Assembly: GCA_054600435.1 (NCBI GenBank)
Contig: BAAIJX010000011.1
Coordinates: 62,001-126,000 of the forward strand
Length of the DNA stretch: 64,000 nucleotides
Source: Neophaeotheca triangularis
Taxonomy: Eukaryota
Direction of reading: 5' to 3'
Shown here: positions 48,475-62,675 of the stretch, one piece after another
Numbering within the stretch: the stretch's first letter is position 1
How the letters are laid out: each line of letters opens with the position of its first letter
Notes under the pieces: generated by a model
Told to the model about the DNA's origin: nothing
Database searches by the model: none
Seen by the model: the letters and a program-made list of their open reading frames with translations, nothing else
Program-made: the position numbers and the translations under genes

Positions 48475-49419
48475 GTTGTACTCAAGTAGCGACAATGGAC
48501 TGGTGTGTCTGACAATGACGAAACCTCGACTCTTTTTTTTTTTCCAGCTCGAATCCTCTGAAATTATTTCAGCCCGCCGTCTCGTCCCAAAGCGGCTTAG
48601 TCTGAAAACCCCAGCCGTAACTCCACAGAGCTACTAGTAGGTTGGAGAGGGACGATTCGACCACCCGGGCGACTTCACCAGATGTTCGGCTTGGTATACT
48701 GTGAGACTGTACCTTACCTCCTATACATACTTTACCTCCTGTACATACATCGGCTGCTTGTACATGTCAAGGCTGTGCAAAAGGATACCTACCTTACACT
48801 ACTAGAGTATCAAGGCCAGCCAACAAGTCAACGCCAACATTATCATCATCATCCTCATCATCATCCTTTCCGCTTGCACCCTCTCAAATTGCCCCAACAG
48901 CCGCCGCTTGGAGCTTCGCTTGAACGCCCCAGGCTCGCTTATGCCCGAGACTGTGTGAACTGTCCAGCTTTGCCAAACCACCTGCACCTGGGCAGCCCAC
49001 CCCTTCCCTTCTACTCGTCGGCGGTCAGCAGTCAGCAGTCAGCAGTCAGCGCTCGCTCCTTGTGCTGTGAACGTTCAATTGCTGCAGCTTTTCCCTTCGA
49101 TGCCCAGCACTCTCACCCACCAACGCTACCATCTGCCCTTTACCTGCATTTCCTATTGCGTAAAGTACCTTGTACTTCCTTATTAAGCCCAGCCACTATG
49201 CTTTGCTGCTATGCGGACCGATGTTCCATCTCGACTACCTCCCAATACCTGCCCAAGTCGTATTGACTACATCTCGCCAACGTCAAACCGGAGTGGTGTC
49301 CCCCCTTCCTGTTACGGCCTCGACACTTCCAGGAGAATTCTGTTCAATCCCAATCACAACCCACACCACACAACTCGAACCGATCGCAGGAGACCTGAGG
49401 GCCATTCGTCTATAAGACC

Positions 49420-51637
49420 ATGGCGTCAGCGCCCGACCATGCTGCTGCGCTCAATGGCCCGTACTCAATGCAGCAACACCAGGACGAAAGCCAGGATCAG
49501 GCCCAAGTCGACAATGACCAAGCTCCTTTAGAGCGTCCTGGACTCAAAAGACAACGAACCTCCAAAGGCTCAATGGAGAAGCGTTCCGAGAGCATGGATG
49601 ACCCCCTTATCGTGCCTGGCGAATCCGCCGAGGCAACACTCAAACGCTTCGCGCAGGAACCACTTGATTATCCCAGACGACGGGCGACTATTGCATGTGA
49701 GATATGTCGGAGTCGCAAGTCACGATGCGACGGGGCCAGACCAAAATGTCGCTTGTGTACTGAGCTGAACGCCGAGTGCAATTACCGAGAGCCAGGAATC
49801 AAGCTGGACGCGGGCGACAAACTCATCTTGGAACAACTGGCGCGGATTGAGAACATGCTGCACAGTGGTATCAGCAGCAATGCGACTTCTGCGAGCCTTT
49901 CCGGTGCTTCTGCCGGTCCAATCAGTCCAGCGACCAGCAATACTACGTCTGACGACGTGGGCACGAAACGCTTAAGCAATGCCGGACCCACCCAAGCGAC
50001 GCCTTTGCCTCTCAACGGGTTGGGGACTTGGAACGCCAACATCAGTACTATGCCCAAGACTCATACAACGCCTGCATTGCATCTACTGCAGTGGCCTGTG
50101 ATTAGAGATTTGGTGAGCAGGCAGTGCGATCCACAAGTGCTACTCCAGCTGGAAATGTCGAGGGAACCGCTTGATCTGTCCATCAGGTATGCAGTCATTA
50201 CCAAACGGACTGGGAATCGCACGTGCTGACGATGGCAGATACTCGCTAGATCCCAATAATGTAGACACATATGCTCGCACCTACTTTTCACGGGTAAACG
50301 TCTGGTACGCCTGCGTCAATCCTTACAATTGGGCGGCGACCTACCACACGGCAGTCAGCAATGCTTTCCGCAGTGGACCAGAATCCTGTATGGTTTTGCT
50401 AGTTCTCGCTTTGGGTGAGGCGGCCCATTCAGGGCAAAGCATCTCTCATCTACCTCGAGGACAGCCGCCACCTGGCTTAGGCTACTTTGCAGCAGCCTGG
50501 TCTCTCCTCCCGACTCTAATGACTCGCAACGATGTCCCCTCAGCGCAGTGCCACATCCTAGCCGCAGCCTACCTTTTATACCTCGTCCGGCCACTCGAAG
50601 CCTGGAACCTCCTCTACAACACCTCGATGAAACTCCAACTCCTCCTCTCCTCCCCAAGCCGCATCCCCTCCAGTCTGAAAGAGCTCTCCGAGCGCGTCTA
50701 CTGGAACACATTAATGATCGAATCGGACTTGCTAGCGGAGATCGACCTCCCGCACTCCGGCATTGTGCAATTCGAAGAGAACATGCGACTACCGAGATCC
50801 TTCCCAGTCCCCTACGACCAGCCCCCGCAAGTCCGCCCAGGCAACACCTCGATGCACTCCAGCTCGCCCGGAAGCACGCACAGTCTATACACCGTCTCCC
50901 CCTCGGCGGCAGCAGTACCAGCAAGCTACGAAGAAACCCCCAACCAACCCCCCGGCAACGACGACCTCTGGTACTTCCTAGCCGAAATCGCCCTCCGCCG
51001 CCTCCTCAACCGCGTCTCCCACCTCATGTACACGCACAAAACGACACAGCCCCGCACCCAAAACCCCTCCAACCCCCACCACCAAAGCCTCTCCTCCCTC
51101 GACCCCGTAGCAGCCGAACTCGACTTCCAGCTAACCCAATGGTACGAAAACCTGCCCACGCCGGTCAAATTCCCGCGCGAAAGACTACCGGCCGGCGACC
51201 AAGTGCAAACAGTCCTCCGCCTGCGCTACTTCGCCTGCCGCACGATAATCTTCCGGCCCTACATCCTCGCGGTGCTGGGCGACGAAACGGGCGCCGTGGC
51301 GCGCGAGCCCGGCGTGCAGGACGCTTGCCGCAAATGCCTGGAAGCGTGCATCCGGCAGCTGGAAGACTTGGACGCGCATCATCAGGGCCACCTGCCGTAT
51401 CTGCTGCAAGGGGCGCTGAGTCTGGTTTCGCAAGCGCTGTTGCTCATGGGGGCGAGTTTGAACGCGAGTTTGAGCGCGCTCTTGCCGCCGGCTGGCCAGA
51501 TGGATGTGCTTTTTGCTGAAGTCGTTATGGAGGTTGAGAGGTTGGGGGTGTTGGCGCCGAGTATTCGGTTGTGTGCTGAGATCGTTAGAGAGGCGGAGGA
51601 GAGGCGACAGGTTTTGAGGGCGAGGGGGAGGGGTTGA
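49420..51637 (+). CDS. Zn(II)2Cys6 transcription factor, 2 exons
   Basis: [29 protein letters not shown]; intron 50187-50238; ERVYW and [16 protein letters not shown] in the middle region; possibly VAD-5/McrA-like (recollection, unverified). Confidence 0.9.
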
Positions 51638-52273
51638 AGAGGGGAATGGGAGCGAGGTGGTTGTTGGAGGGTGGGCTGTGCTGCTGCTGCTGCTGCTGGT
51701 TGTGGCAAGTCTTGATACAGGAAAGTCACGTGCGTCTAATAGATATCGAAGCTGTAGTCATGGATGAGTCGACGATCTCGGAGCCACAAGCAGGCACCAG
51801 GAGAAGGAAGGCTGAGCAACCCGTGTGCTACAAGGGTGTCTATTCTATACTGAGACGAGGCGCCTCTTTACTAGTGTCTGCGCTCTGCAAGGACCGCGAC
51901 CACCGAAAGCGAGCGGGAGACAGCGATGAGAGATGTACACGACCCGGGAAGCGACATCTCAAAGAGGAAGAGAGAAAAAAGATCCTGGTAGACGAGTGCA
52001 GAAAGGCCAATGTCCGAGAACTCATCACTATGCACAATCTCACCCGGTCATCTGGCAGCGAAAGCACCGTCATACCAGCTCATCAAACACTCCACAACCG
52101 CCCAAACGCCATGCAAGACTCGTACGATAGCAACATTAGCGCCTGCCCTGAACGCCTCCGCATCAGCCTGGCATAGCTCTCTTCCTATGATCTTCAGCAG
52201 CAGCTTCTCGACAGCGCTGCATAGACAGCCAAAGCCGCTTCGATTTTTTACACGAACAGTCCACCTCTCCACC

Positions 52274-54216
52274 TCAATTGACAAACAAGCTGTCGTTGTT
52301 GCCGTCATTGATGCTGTACTGCTTGATGACATCGGCCAGCTTTTTCGCCTCGACGGAGTAGTTGATGGGGTTGGCGTATTGAACTTGGTAGCGGACCCTA
52401 GAGAGCGACAGGAGTTAGCAAAACCCCAAGAAGATACCGAACAAGGTTACACAACACACCTCTGCTGATCCTGGAACGTGTCCATCCTGGCCTTACACCT
52501 AAAGACAAAAGTCTGGCAGTTTGCGTTTGCAAAAGCCTCAGTGACCTTCCTCTCCTCGCCCTCTTCCTTCCACTGCATGAGCTCGTTCGCCTTGACGCCC
52601 ATGATCAACTCGCCGGCCTCGTTGAAACAGCTCAGCCAGATCTGACCAGTGTGGTCCGATACGTTGACAGACATGATGTACCGGTAGTCGGGATGGTCGA
52701 AAGTGGCGTTACATTTCTCGCACCTCCATTCTCCTGGGTTAGTCTCAATGACTTTCTTGTTGCAGCCGTCAGACAGACACGCCGGGTAGGCGACGTTCTC
52801 CTGCTTGACGTAGATGATGGTGGCTTTGGTGGAGAACCATTCCGTCTCGTCACCCATTCCAATGTTCTCGTCCCGAACCTGAGCAATAGTCTTGGTTGCG
52901 TTTTTGCCTCCGGAAGCCGCTCCAGCCGCTGACATGGTGTTGGCGTGGGACTGGAACTGCTCAGTACGGCCGGCGCCATCGTACCAGCCTTTGAGCTTGT
53001 AGGCCTCGTCGATGTCTGGGTCAACGGACATGGAGCCTGACGATAGGAGAGAGAGGGAGCGTCCGCCAAAGTCGCTAACCTTGACGCCTTTGAAAGCACA
53101 GACAGATTCGGGGGTCGAGGAGAAGTTCTGCGCAGTACTGCCCCAGATGGTCAGGCGAACGTTGAAGCCGGTGTTGTCGACGAGAGTGAGCTCGCGCTTC
53201 GAGTATGGTTTCGACGTAGTCTTGGACACTATCTCGCTGACCTCACCGACATCTTGGAGAACGCCGATAATGTCGATGGTGGTGTCTTTCTCGACACTTT
53301 GGAGGTCGGAGATTGTAGTGAAGTTGTATTGAACCTTGGGTACGCCTTCGTTGTCTTCGGCCTTCTCGATCATCGTGTCTTTCTCAAATGTGAGCTCGTA
53401 ATCGTTGTTGACATTGCTGAACTGCTTCTTGGCGAGACCGACACGGCAGGTAGAGACGTAGTAGACATCGCCTTCCTGTAGCATCTCATACCACTGGTCC
53501 ACAGCATCGTTGAAGCCCGTAGCGCGGATCTCGCCAGACTCATCGAGGAAATTGCAGCTGAAGAGCTTGCCTTCTCCGTTCTTGTTGTGCCAGTGCTTGA
53601 TCTCGCCCTTGTGCGAACAGCGTGCTTTGATGGTCCATTTGTGCGCATAGGGAGAGACGGCTTCGATGGGCGTGATGTTTCCAGAAGTGTGGGTACCATT
53701 TGTGCGAGAGGGAAGAGAGCGTTGCGGCGCCTGTTGAGGCTGCTGGGGTTGCTGAGGCTGTTGCTGCTGTCTGTTGCCGTAGAAATTCGAGCCTGCGATG
53801 CCTCCCGCCTGACCTTGCACCTGTGGCTTGACGTCCTCTTGCTGCTCATCCGCCTTGATGGTCTCCAACGCCTTGGGCTGGCCAAGCTTTTCCAGCTCGC
53901 CATACTGCGACAGCACCTCCATGTCCAACACCACCAAGATGGGCTTATCTTTGACCGTGTTCGACTGGAAGTTCTTGAGGTGCACCAGGTTGCCCCTCTT
54001 CAGCGTGCCGTCGGTGACCAAATGGTTGAGCTGCTGCCCGACCATGGCTTGGATGAAGTTGACGGTGTCGTTGAACACCACCCTATACCTCTCCACTCCG
54101 CTCTGGCCGGTCATGGGCTTGATCTGGACGCACTGCACGACGGCATCGGTGATTTCCTCGCCACCGAAAACGCGGCGGAGGGCGCCATGGCTGATGGCGG
54201 ACATGGGGTCATCCAT
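52274..54216 (-). CDS. RFA1: Replication protein A large subunit, 2 exons
   Basis: PIEAVSPYAHKWTIKAR, DESGEIRATGFN, KVSDFGGRSLS, YPAC...CNKK...CEKC zinc ribbon; intron 52459-52398. Confidence 0.95.
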
Positions 54217-54374
54217 GCTGGAGGCTGGTGTGAGGATACAGTTGTCGGAGGAGGAGGAAAATAAAGTCGATGCGGTAGTGGCGAGGCTGTTGCAATGCGT
54301 GGGTAGGCAGTGAGTCGTTGGTTGTGTTTGTGAGCTGCCTTGTGCTTGTTGCGTCAAAGTGTTTCTGCAGGTAG

Positions 54375-54431
54375 ACGCGTGGGACGTCGCGTCGGAGATA
54401 GAGTGCGTGGGGTATTGGTCCGTGCTCGCGT
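54375..54431. promoter_or_regulatory. MCB (MluI cell-cycle box) cluster upstream of RFA1
   Basis: ACGCGT at 54375-54380, TCGCGT at 54387-54392 and 54426-54431, 160-215 bp upstream of the ATG; RFA1 is an established MBF target in yeasts. Confidence 0.6.
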
Positions 54432-54796
54432 TTGCCGTTTGGCTGTTCCTTGTCGCCACCATTGTTGTTGTGGCTGTTGCTGCTACCTAGGTACCTTACT
54501 GCTGAGGAGAACCTGGGGTTGTGTGGAAAAGGCGTCGAGATGATGATGATGATGGGAGAGGAAGAAGAATGGCATGTACTTTATGGTATTTGGTATGTAT
54601 TCAGCAGAGGACGAGCATCAGACCCCGAAGGCACCAGGACCATTCCAACCCAATCAACCTCCTCCGCTGCCTACAGAACGGACACACCTGCAGACGTGCC
54701 TCAGTGGACTCAAAAGATACAAGGCACGATCCATACAGAAGACACCGACACCTACATAGCATTAAACCCCAAAGCAATCCCAACACCAACACCACC

Positions 54797-57499
54797 TTAC
54801 GAATTGTTCTTGCCCTTGACCACCTGAACCTCAACTTCACCCTTTTCGCTGTGAACCCGTAGCCCAAGGCAAAGCATAGCGTTCCACTCATCGTCACCAA
54901 ACATCTCCAGTCTCTCTTCCTCATCATCAGAGTCCTCAGCCATGAACGGCGGCGCGTCGAGATCGGAATCCCAGTCAAAGTCGTGCTGATCTAGCATTTC
55001 CACATCGTCGGGGTAGTCGAGGTCTGATTCTTGTTCGTGGAGTATGGCTTCTGATGCTTCCCTCGGCTTTCGTTGCGCTTGGTGGTCGCCGGTGGCACTT
55101 GTGTCGTTGGTGCGAATGGGGCGAGTGGGGTTGATGCTGAGGTGCGACAAGCCTTCGATTACTCTGTCGGCGTCTACGCTGCCAGCCGTCTTGTCGACAA
55201 GCCCAGACTTGCTTTCTGGTTGTGAAGACGGTGTCGTTCTCAGGGCATTCGAGTCAGCTGCACCATTAGACAAGGCCTGAGGGTCTGAATAGGGCTTTTG
55301 TTGATCTCCATGCTCGTGCTCGGTCTTGCTGTCCGTCTCATCTGTGTCGGTCTCGGTGTTGGTAGCCGTCACCCTTCGATCACATTCCAGGATGCCTTTT
55401 GCTTCTCCGCGTCGAACAGGGGCATCTGAACGGCTTCGGCTGGGAGGAAATTGTGAACGACCCGAAAGCCCCGCAACCGTCCGCTCCCTAGCCAGTCGAG
55501 CTTCCCACCGAGCCGTTTTCTTTGCACGGTAGACCATGTCACGTCTGTCATGGTCCCTCCTGTCCTTTTTCATCGCATTGTAGGTCCTCTTCCAGCTGCC
55601 CCTCTGCTTCTTCTTTTCGGCCTTGATGAACTTTCTGTATTTCTTCATCAAGGCCTTGTTCTTATTCCAACTTTTCCATTCCCTGTTCCATTTCCTGTTC
55701 TTCCTATTCGTCACCTCCAGCCCCTCTAAGTTTCCCATGAACTGCGCTTGTTCAAATCGCCTGCCCACACTGTTCAGCTTCCCCTTATGGGTAATCGCGT
55801 AGCGCTCGATGGCCTCCTCGGCTGTTGGCATCTCGGAGTCCCTCGTGGCAGTGACTTTGAGTTCTACGACGTACTTACCGCACTCCAGATCGTCAATTTC
55901 GGCGCTGACGCTACGCGTGCTTTGCGTGTGTTTGCCGCTGTTGTGCATGCTGCGGACTAGATATCCTGCCTCTCCCTCCTTCTTCACCTCAAAATGCAGA
56001 GAAAAGGAGTAGCGGCCCTGAAGACCATTAAAGTATCGACGATCCGGTTGGAAGAGTACGATTACCAGCGGCGTTCTCTCGTGCACGGTCAACTCGAATT
56101 TGGTATTGAGAAACTCGGCGTTATGCGGTATGTTTACGGAGGTCCAGGCTTGGGTGAGCTGCCATTCAGGCGGGAAGATTCGGACGCGGTCAATGCCGTG
56201 GGAGTGTTTGAGGAAGTCTTCAAACCTCATCCAGAAGACGCCGTCATTGCCGAAGGTACTGTGTAGAAAATTGTCAGCCTTGAACAATATGCCAGAGCCT
56301 CGTTTCTGGGAAAAGACTTACTGCTTGAGCTCCTCCATCATCTCTGGTGTCCAAAACTCACTACCGTCGCTCCAATCCCCTTCCCACTCCGATTTGCCCA
56401 TGGGGTTGCGTAACCGGAGCAATCTGAGATCCTTGGCCGGGTCTTGATTGGACGGTCCTTCCCAGGCTTGAAGCACGGCGTACGCATGACTGTCCAAAAG
56501 GCCCTTTTTTGCGGGGGTCTTGAAAGCTGCGCCGAACAAATATGTCTTGTTGACCTGCATCATTTGATTTCGCCAGAACAAATCTTTGTCGGAAATGTCT
56601 TGTGGATCGAGCGATGTTGCCACCCCACCAGTCAAATCTTCAATCCCCTCACTGGAGAAACCGCCTTCGATGGCAAAGTAGTCACCATGAGCTTTAGCAA
56701 AAGCCTTTTCCAAAAGTGGTAACCAAGTCTGGGTGCTGTTGCAGTGGGAGCCGTAGAGCGCCAAAGCACCCTTCTGCAGCCTTTCCTTCAACTGATCGAC
56801 ATCTTCGTCGTCCAACGAAGGGTGGTTCAGCATTCTCCCACTACCCGAATCATTGACAATCAGTAACCGGTCGCCATCTCCAATCTTCAGGAAAAGTTGA
56901 TCGTCGACAACCTCATGTATCCAACGTCCATCTCTGCAGAATACGAACCCATAAACCCCAACCTTTTCATTCCTCGCGACGCAGATTCCCTCCAGCAGCC
57001 CCTCTTTAGCTGTAATCGCCATTACTGCAGCCAAGAACCAGCAATCACCCAATCTCCCCTGATGCACATCCTTGGCCTTCGCGACGTCGGTAAAAAACTG
57101 GGGCTTGTCAAGAATCTCGTCCACGCGCCTGGCTGAAGGTAAATCCGCAGTCGCATGCTCCATGGGCCATTGATTGTCAAGCGAGATCAGGGTGTCAAAG
57201 CCATCGTTACGCCCAAGATCGAAGTCGGAGTCACGGTACTTTTGATTCAGTCGGTTGCATTCCGTGACGATTCCGTCGACGCGGGCTTTGCATGCAGCTT
57301 CTGCCACTTCCCTGGTGGTTGCTGTGGGTGAGGCGATGGATTTCAGACCTTGGGTGAAACGGCGCCAGGCTGGGAAGAAGTCATCATTGTGCACGACTGG
57401 CTCGAGCGGTGGGAGTGCGACGTTGTTTTCCGGTTGGATTTGCCTCTGCGGTGGAGGCTCAGGTTGAGGTTGCTGTGGGTGGTGGTCAGGATCCGCCAT
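54797..57499 (-). CDS. Calpain-like cysteine protease (peptidase C2), 2 exons
   Basis: QGRLGDCWFLAA, WLPLLEKAFAKAHG, EDLTGG, HAYAV, RNPMG; intron 56321-56259 then HTFGNDGVFWM. Confidence 0.88.
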
Positions 57500-58797
57500 G
57501 TATAAATGCAAAGATAGTGGTTTCGAGAGTCTTGTTTTCTTTCGAGGATTCTTCCGGGTTCTGTAGACGATGGACAAGGGTAATGGGTAGGAAACGGTAT
57601 GAAGTGATAGGAAGAGGGAAAAGGAAACCAGCCAACTTAAGCTCTCCAGCTGGCGAGCAATCGCTCTGCTCTAGAGCAATCCATCAACCTTACAAACATC
57701 GATGTGGTCGCAAATCACATCGCTCCGAACCCTGCCCTCCCATGTTAGGCAAACCTGCTTCCGAATCTACGATGGTAGGGCTGGGGTCTCCCTGAATTCT
57801 GATGGTAAGCGACTGGGCAGTCAGGTATTGTTAGTGAAAGGTTTAACGCTCCTGCGGTCATCCCGGTTATAGCAAGCCGTAAAGGGGGAGTTGAAGACCA
57901 GTGAGCTGCGAAACCCGGATGCAACTTGAAGCTTCGAAATATCAGTTGCGCGATTGCTTTCTACCTCCATCTTGTAGAGGCAAATATCGAACGAGTACTG
58001 GGAGTGTCACATCCACGAGTTTGCTGGAGGATGCGGTATGGGAAATGTTTGTGCAGGACATCTGACGGGGCCATGAAGTGAAGGAGCTGACAAAGAAAAG
58101 CGGGGCCTAATTTGGTTACTCTTGGGTCAGGGTTTGGGATATGCGAACACTCATCGTCTTCAAAGCCATGGATCAAGAAGCAAGAGGGGTTCAGCGTCTT
58201 GAAATGCATGCAAAGAATTCCAAGTTGTTTCTAGGAGTTGTGTCAACCAATTTTCTCATTGTTAGCCTGAGATTCAAAGGTCATGGCTTGGCCACTATCC
58301 GAAGCGAACCTGGCTCCAGCCTGTATGTCTGCATTGCCTGCGAGTCTTTTTGACCCCTTCCGTCACAACAAGCACGCAAGGCAAAAGACCTAGGGAGTGG
58401 CCTCGATTCCCAGCCGTTACACCAGTCACATAGTCTAGGAGCAAGGCTTGCAACCTGGCGGAAAAGAAGCCCTTGAAACCAGACAGCAACCAGAAAACAA
58501 ACCAGCGCGGCCACCCGGTTTTGTTTTCAAACGTAAACCCCTCTTTTTCGATTACAAACCGCCATCTACGCATAAGGGCCAACCACAATAGATTTCCCCA
58601 TCTACAACAAACGGGGAGCGCACACGTATGTGACGTCCAAAGCAAGCAAGAAAAACTGTACATCCAACACAGTCCCCCACAACTCCAAAGGCCATGCGTG
58701 CAACCAAGAAGCAAATAAAGGAGTCCAAGTAAAAAGAAAAGTGAGAAAAATCGCTCATATCGCTTCGCTCGAGTTCTAAATAACGCGGGAAAAAAAA

Positions 58798-61082
58798 TTA
58801 ATAAGCACGCCCGTACCCAACGTCCGGCAGCGTGGGTCGCCGGTCAGGCGGACTGGTTGACACGCTCCTGTCTCTACGGCCCATGCTCGCGGCACTGGAG
58901 ACGAGACGATCGCCATCGTCGTCGCCGCGGTAGCGTGAAGGCCTGTCGTCGGTGTAAGTGCTATAGCCCGCCGGGCTCTCTGCGCGGGGCGGGACGGGGT
59001 CGTAGCGGCCTTTTGCGTCGTTGAAGGGTGCCGAGGAGACGAGTGGGGCTTTGTAGACGGAGCTGTCGGCGCCGCCTTTGTATTGCGTGTTCTCGCCCAT
59101 GGGCTCCATCAGGAGGGAGTTGCGGGCATCGAGGGGCGTGAGGTTGTCGAGGTCGCGGTTGAGCTTCTCGGCTTCCTTGCGCTTCTTACGGTGAGGGTTT
59201 TCTTTGATACAGGCGATGAGCGCGTTGGCTGCGATGAGGATCGCTAGGACTGCTGTGAGCACTCCTTGGACGGCGATGAGGACAATGCCGGTGACTGTTT
59301 GGGTTGTTTGGTTGAAGCCTAACTCTTCCACAAACACCAAGATGCAAATGACGGAGAGCACGCGGGCTACGTGGATGACGATGTTGATCCAGTTGCCGCT
59401 CTTGCGGGTGTAGGGTCTATACCAAACGAGGAGGGCAAGCATGATGGCCTCGATGATGAGTTGTCCGGATGTCTGCGTGAGACCGTGACCGTTGGCGCCG
59501 GCGATGACACAGCCCTTGGCGAACATGTACACGATGACCGGTACAAAGATCCACCAGTACGATTTCTTGTAGCTGTCGTAGAACAAGCTGTACCGCACCC
59601 AGGTCTCCTTGTCGTCGAAGAGCTTGCCAGCGTCGCCTTCCATCTTCTTTGACTCTTGCGCCTTTTGCCAGATCTTGAATGTGAACCACATCAGGAGGCC
59701 GGTGAAGAGTGCGAGAGTGACGGCTGCGAGGGTGATGGCGCCCCAGGAATCACCACTAGTGAATTGATAGACGCACCACAGCACCCAGACACCGTAAAGG
59801 ATGAGAATCAGGTTTGTGATCGTTTTGGCCAATCTCCACCAGTATCGCTTCCGGAAGGACACAAGAGACTTGGGTAGGTTTCCAAATAGCGCCCAGATTT
59901 CGAGGATGACTTTGAAAAGCAGGATGCCGACGATAATTGCAGCAACCACGATTGCAAACACCAGCAGAATTGTCATGAAAGTGTTCGCTTGCGGAATTTG
60001 CAGCTGTTCCACATAACCCTGAATACCTTCGACGTAATGCATCTCCTTGGAGTCTTCGTCCTGGTTTTGCTTGGTTGATTCGCCGTCACCCCCGACCGTT
60101 GTAGTTTCGCCATCGACGGTAACCTCAGTCCCATCTCTTATGAATAACAGCGCGCTTTTCACGGCACGCCTGGTAAGGTTCGCACCGCTGTTGTCGTTCT
60201 TCTCATAGACGAGCGTAGCATTTTTGAGGTATTGGTGGTTGTTGTGAGTTAGGTTCCCACCCGTTTTGGATCTGAAGTCGTCGATGCTATCCTGCATGTT
60301 GCCCCATGGTACCAATCCAACACTGAAGCCAAAGTTGCTCCCAAAAGATTGGTATACGCTCGGATAATTCACGCTAAGCATGCCGTTCATCGCCATGCTC
60401 TGAAACCAGCCCATGACCTCTCCAAAAGTCGGCGAAGCTGCAGCGGCGCCTGGTTGCCCGCCTGCAGCAAGTGCCGAAATCGCTGAAAGACCGAGAGCTG
60501 CGGCAGCAATACCAGCAGCCGCGTATGAGACACCGTCCACTTTGGCAGTTTTGCCGTTTTTGACAGTCGATCGAATGCATGCGAGATCGTCGTCATCATC
60601 GTTCTTCAGTTCGAGCTTTGCGTTGCTGTCCAGGTTCGGTACAGCGAAGGCGATGTCTGGGATTTTGCTGGCATACTCCTCGGGAATAGTCTGGACACCC
60701 TTTGAAGCGAAACTGCTCGCCGGTACTATGGTTTCGTCAGCATTTGATCCATGCCTCGCCCGCTTCTGTCATCCTTACCAGGGCACAGCTCTTTCATCCC
60801 ATACTCGCACGGGCTGAATGTGTTTTTGTAAATCTCTTGACCGTAGGCGGTGACTACCAAGCTGGCGGTCACGTTCTGCACCGTTTCACTGCTCCCTGCC
60901 ACGTCGAAAGTAATCTTCCTTGTACTCTTGTCATACTTGAGATCGAGCGCCTGAACCTTGATGTCCGGGTTTTCTATACAAGTGGTGAAGCCTTCGGTCG
61001 ACAAGACGTCGCCTGCTAGCACTCTGACCGGCAGGGTGCTGAGCAAGACGATGGGAAGTAGTTCGCGAATGCCTAGGAACAT
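58798..61082 (-). CDS. FLC/TRP-like membrane protein (ML-like N-terminal domain), 2 exons
   Basis: Signal peptide, LSTEGFTTC, FDVAGSS, IPDIAFAVPNLD, WFQSMAMNGMLSVNYP, IPQANTFMT, multiple TM helices; intron 60778-60726. Confidence 0.9.
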
Positions 61083-62675
61083 GGTTGCGAGGCTCGAAGC
61101 CCAGGGCTTCGGTGTTGGTCTGGAGCTGCTATGCGGTGCGGTGTCGATGTGGAGCTGTGGTGTGCCGTGCCAAGTGAGTGGTAGTTTGACAGATGGTCCA
61201 AAGAGAGAAGAAAGGCGATGATCGTTGAGAGGAGGTTCGTGTCAAGTTGGCGCGAGGAGAAAGATGTTTCAGGTTTGTTTCGAGGCGAGGAAGCCCTGTT
61301 CAAGCGTGTTTGTAGCTAGGGAGTATAACGAATGTGAGGGAAGAAGAGAGGGAGACAGCGGTGAGAGATAAACAGTGAAGAAGAGCAGCCAAGGAATAAT
61401 GAGCTAGATATGCAGACGATGGTCTTTCAACAACACAACAGACGACGGCCTCGCGCCGTGAAGATGGGATGGGAGGTGGACGAGCACAAGAGAAGAACTG
61501 AGGTGCCCTAAGGTACTACTGTACCGTACCTTCCAGTACCTACGAAGGGGCCCGGGGGTGTTACGCGGACGCAGCCGACACATGCCAGTCCAAGCTGTCG
61601 GCCAGGGAGGGACAGTACTACTAGTACTAATAAAAAGCAGTAGTAAGTAGTACCTTAGTGCTAGTCACAGGGCAGGGGGACAGGAAGGACAGACAGGGAT
61701 AGTTGGTCGACACTGATTGGCCCCGTCGCATTCTCAGCTGCATTAGGCCTGTCTGCTATTTTTGACGACAATACCTACTAGAATACCTACTAGTAGGTAC
61801 TGCTTGGTACTGTAGTTGTTCGAGAGTCGAGACCGATCAGATAAGACGGACGATAAGAGTCAAAGAGGACGCCCTCCACTACACTGTACACCACTGTACA
61901 CTGTACCTACACACACTACTGTACACTGTACCGTGGCCATACATGTATAGTAAGGTAGTTAAGCCAGTACGCGCGGCGTCGAATCGCCATCGCACAGCCT
62001 CCACAGGAACGTATACTAAGGTACCTGTACTGTTGAATGTACAGTCTGCACCGTATCTGACTACTACCTAGGTATCTGCAGAGCTGTAAGCTAAGCTAAG
62101 GTACATACTTAGCTCATACTACTAGTCCCTACCATACCCATACCTTACCTTAGGTTGCCTACTGAAATCTTGACGGATGACGATTTCTTGCCAAATTTCT
62201 GTACAGCGACACCTCCACTCCAGAGTCCACCTTGGCCGGTAGGTAGCTAGGTAAACGTCCGTTTCACTACCTGAACCTTGACCTCCAGAAACGCGCTGAT
62301 GGTGGCGCACCTCGCGCACCTAGCAGCCACGCGTTTATCCCTTTTTTTTTTTTTTTTGGACATAATCATCAACATCGTCATCATCCTTGCTACCTAGATA
62401 TTCCCTTGAAATTCCAATGTGTTTTTATTCGGTTTGATCGCGGCGAATGGAAGAGGTAAGCTACCGACCGTCTCTAGACTTTTTCATTGCACTCATTTTC
62501 TGGGATACTTTTCCGCAGACCCAATGCCATTACGGGCCCCTCTAACGAAGCATCATGACAGCAGTAGCATCGGAACCATCATCTAGACCATCCCGAACCT
62601 AAAGACCTCAGCCGAGTGACAGCAGCCAACTACTCGGCCCTCTAAACTACTTACTACCTCCATCAAAATAGCAAG

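Noticed and set aside
61500..62200. TpA-rich intergenic DNA (TACTAG, TAGGTA, TGTACA) as a RIP-degraded transposon; similar at 42380-42700
   Set aside because: No terminal repeats, target duplications or residual transposase/RT motifs; it reads as low-complexity promoter-side sequence.
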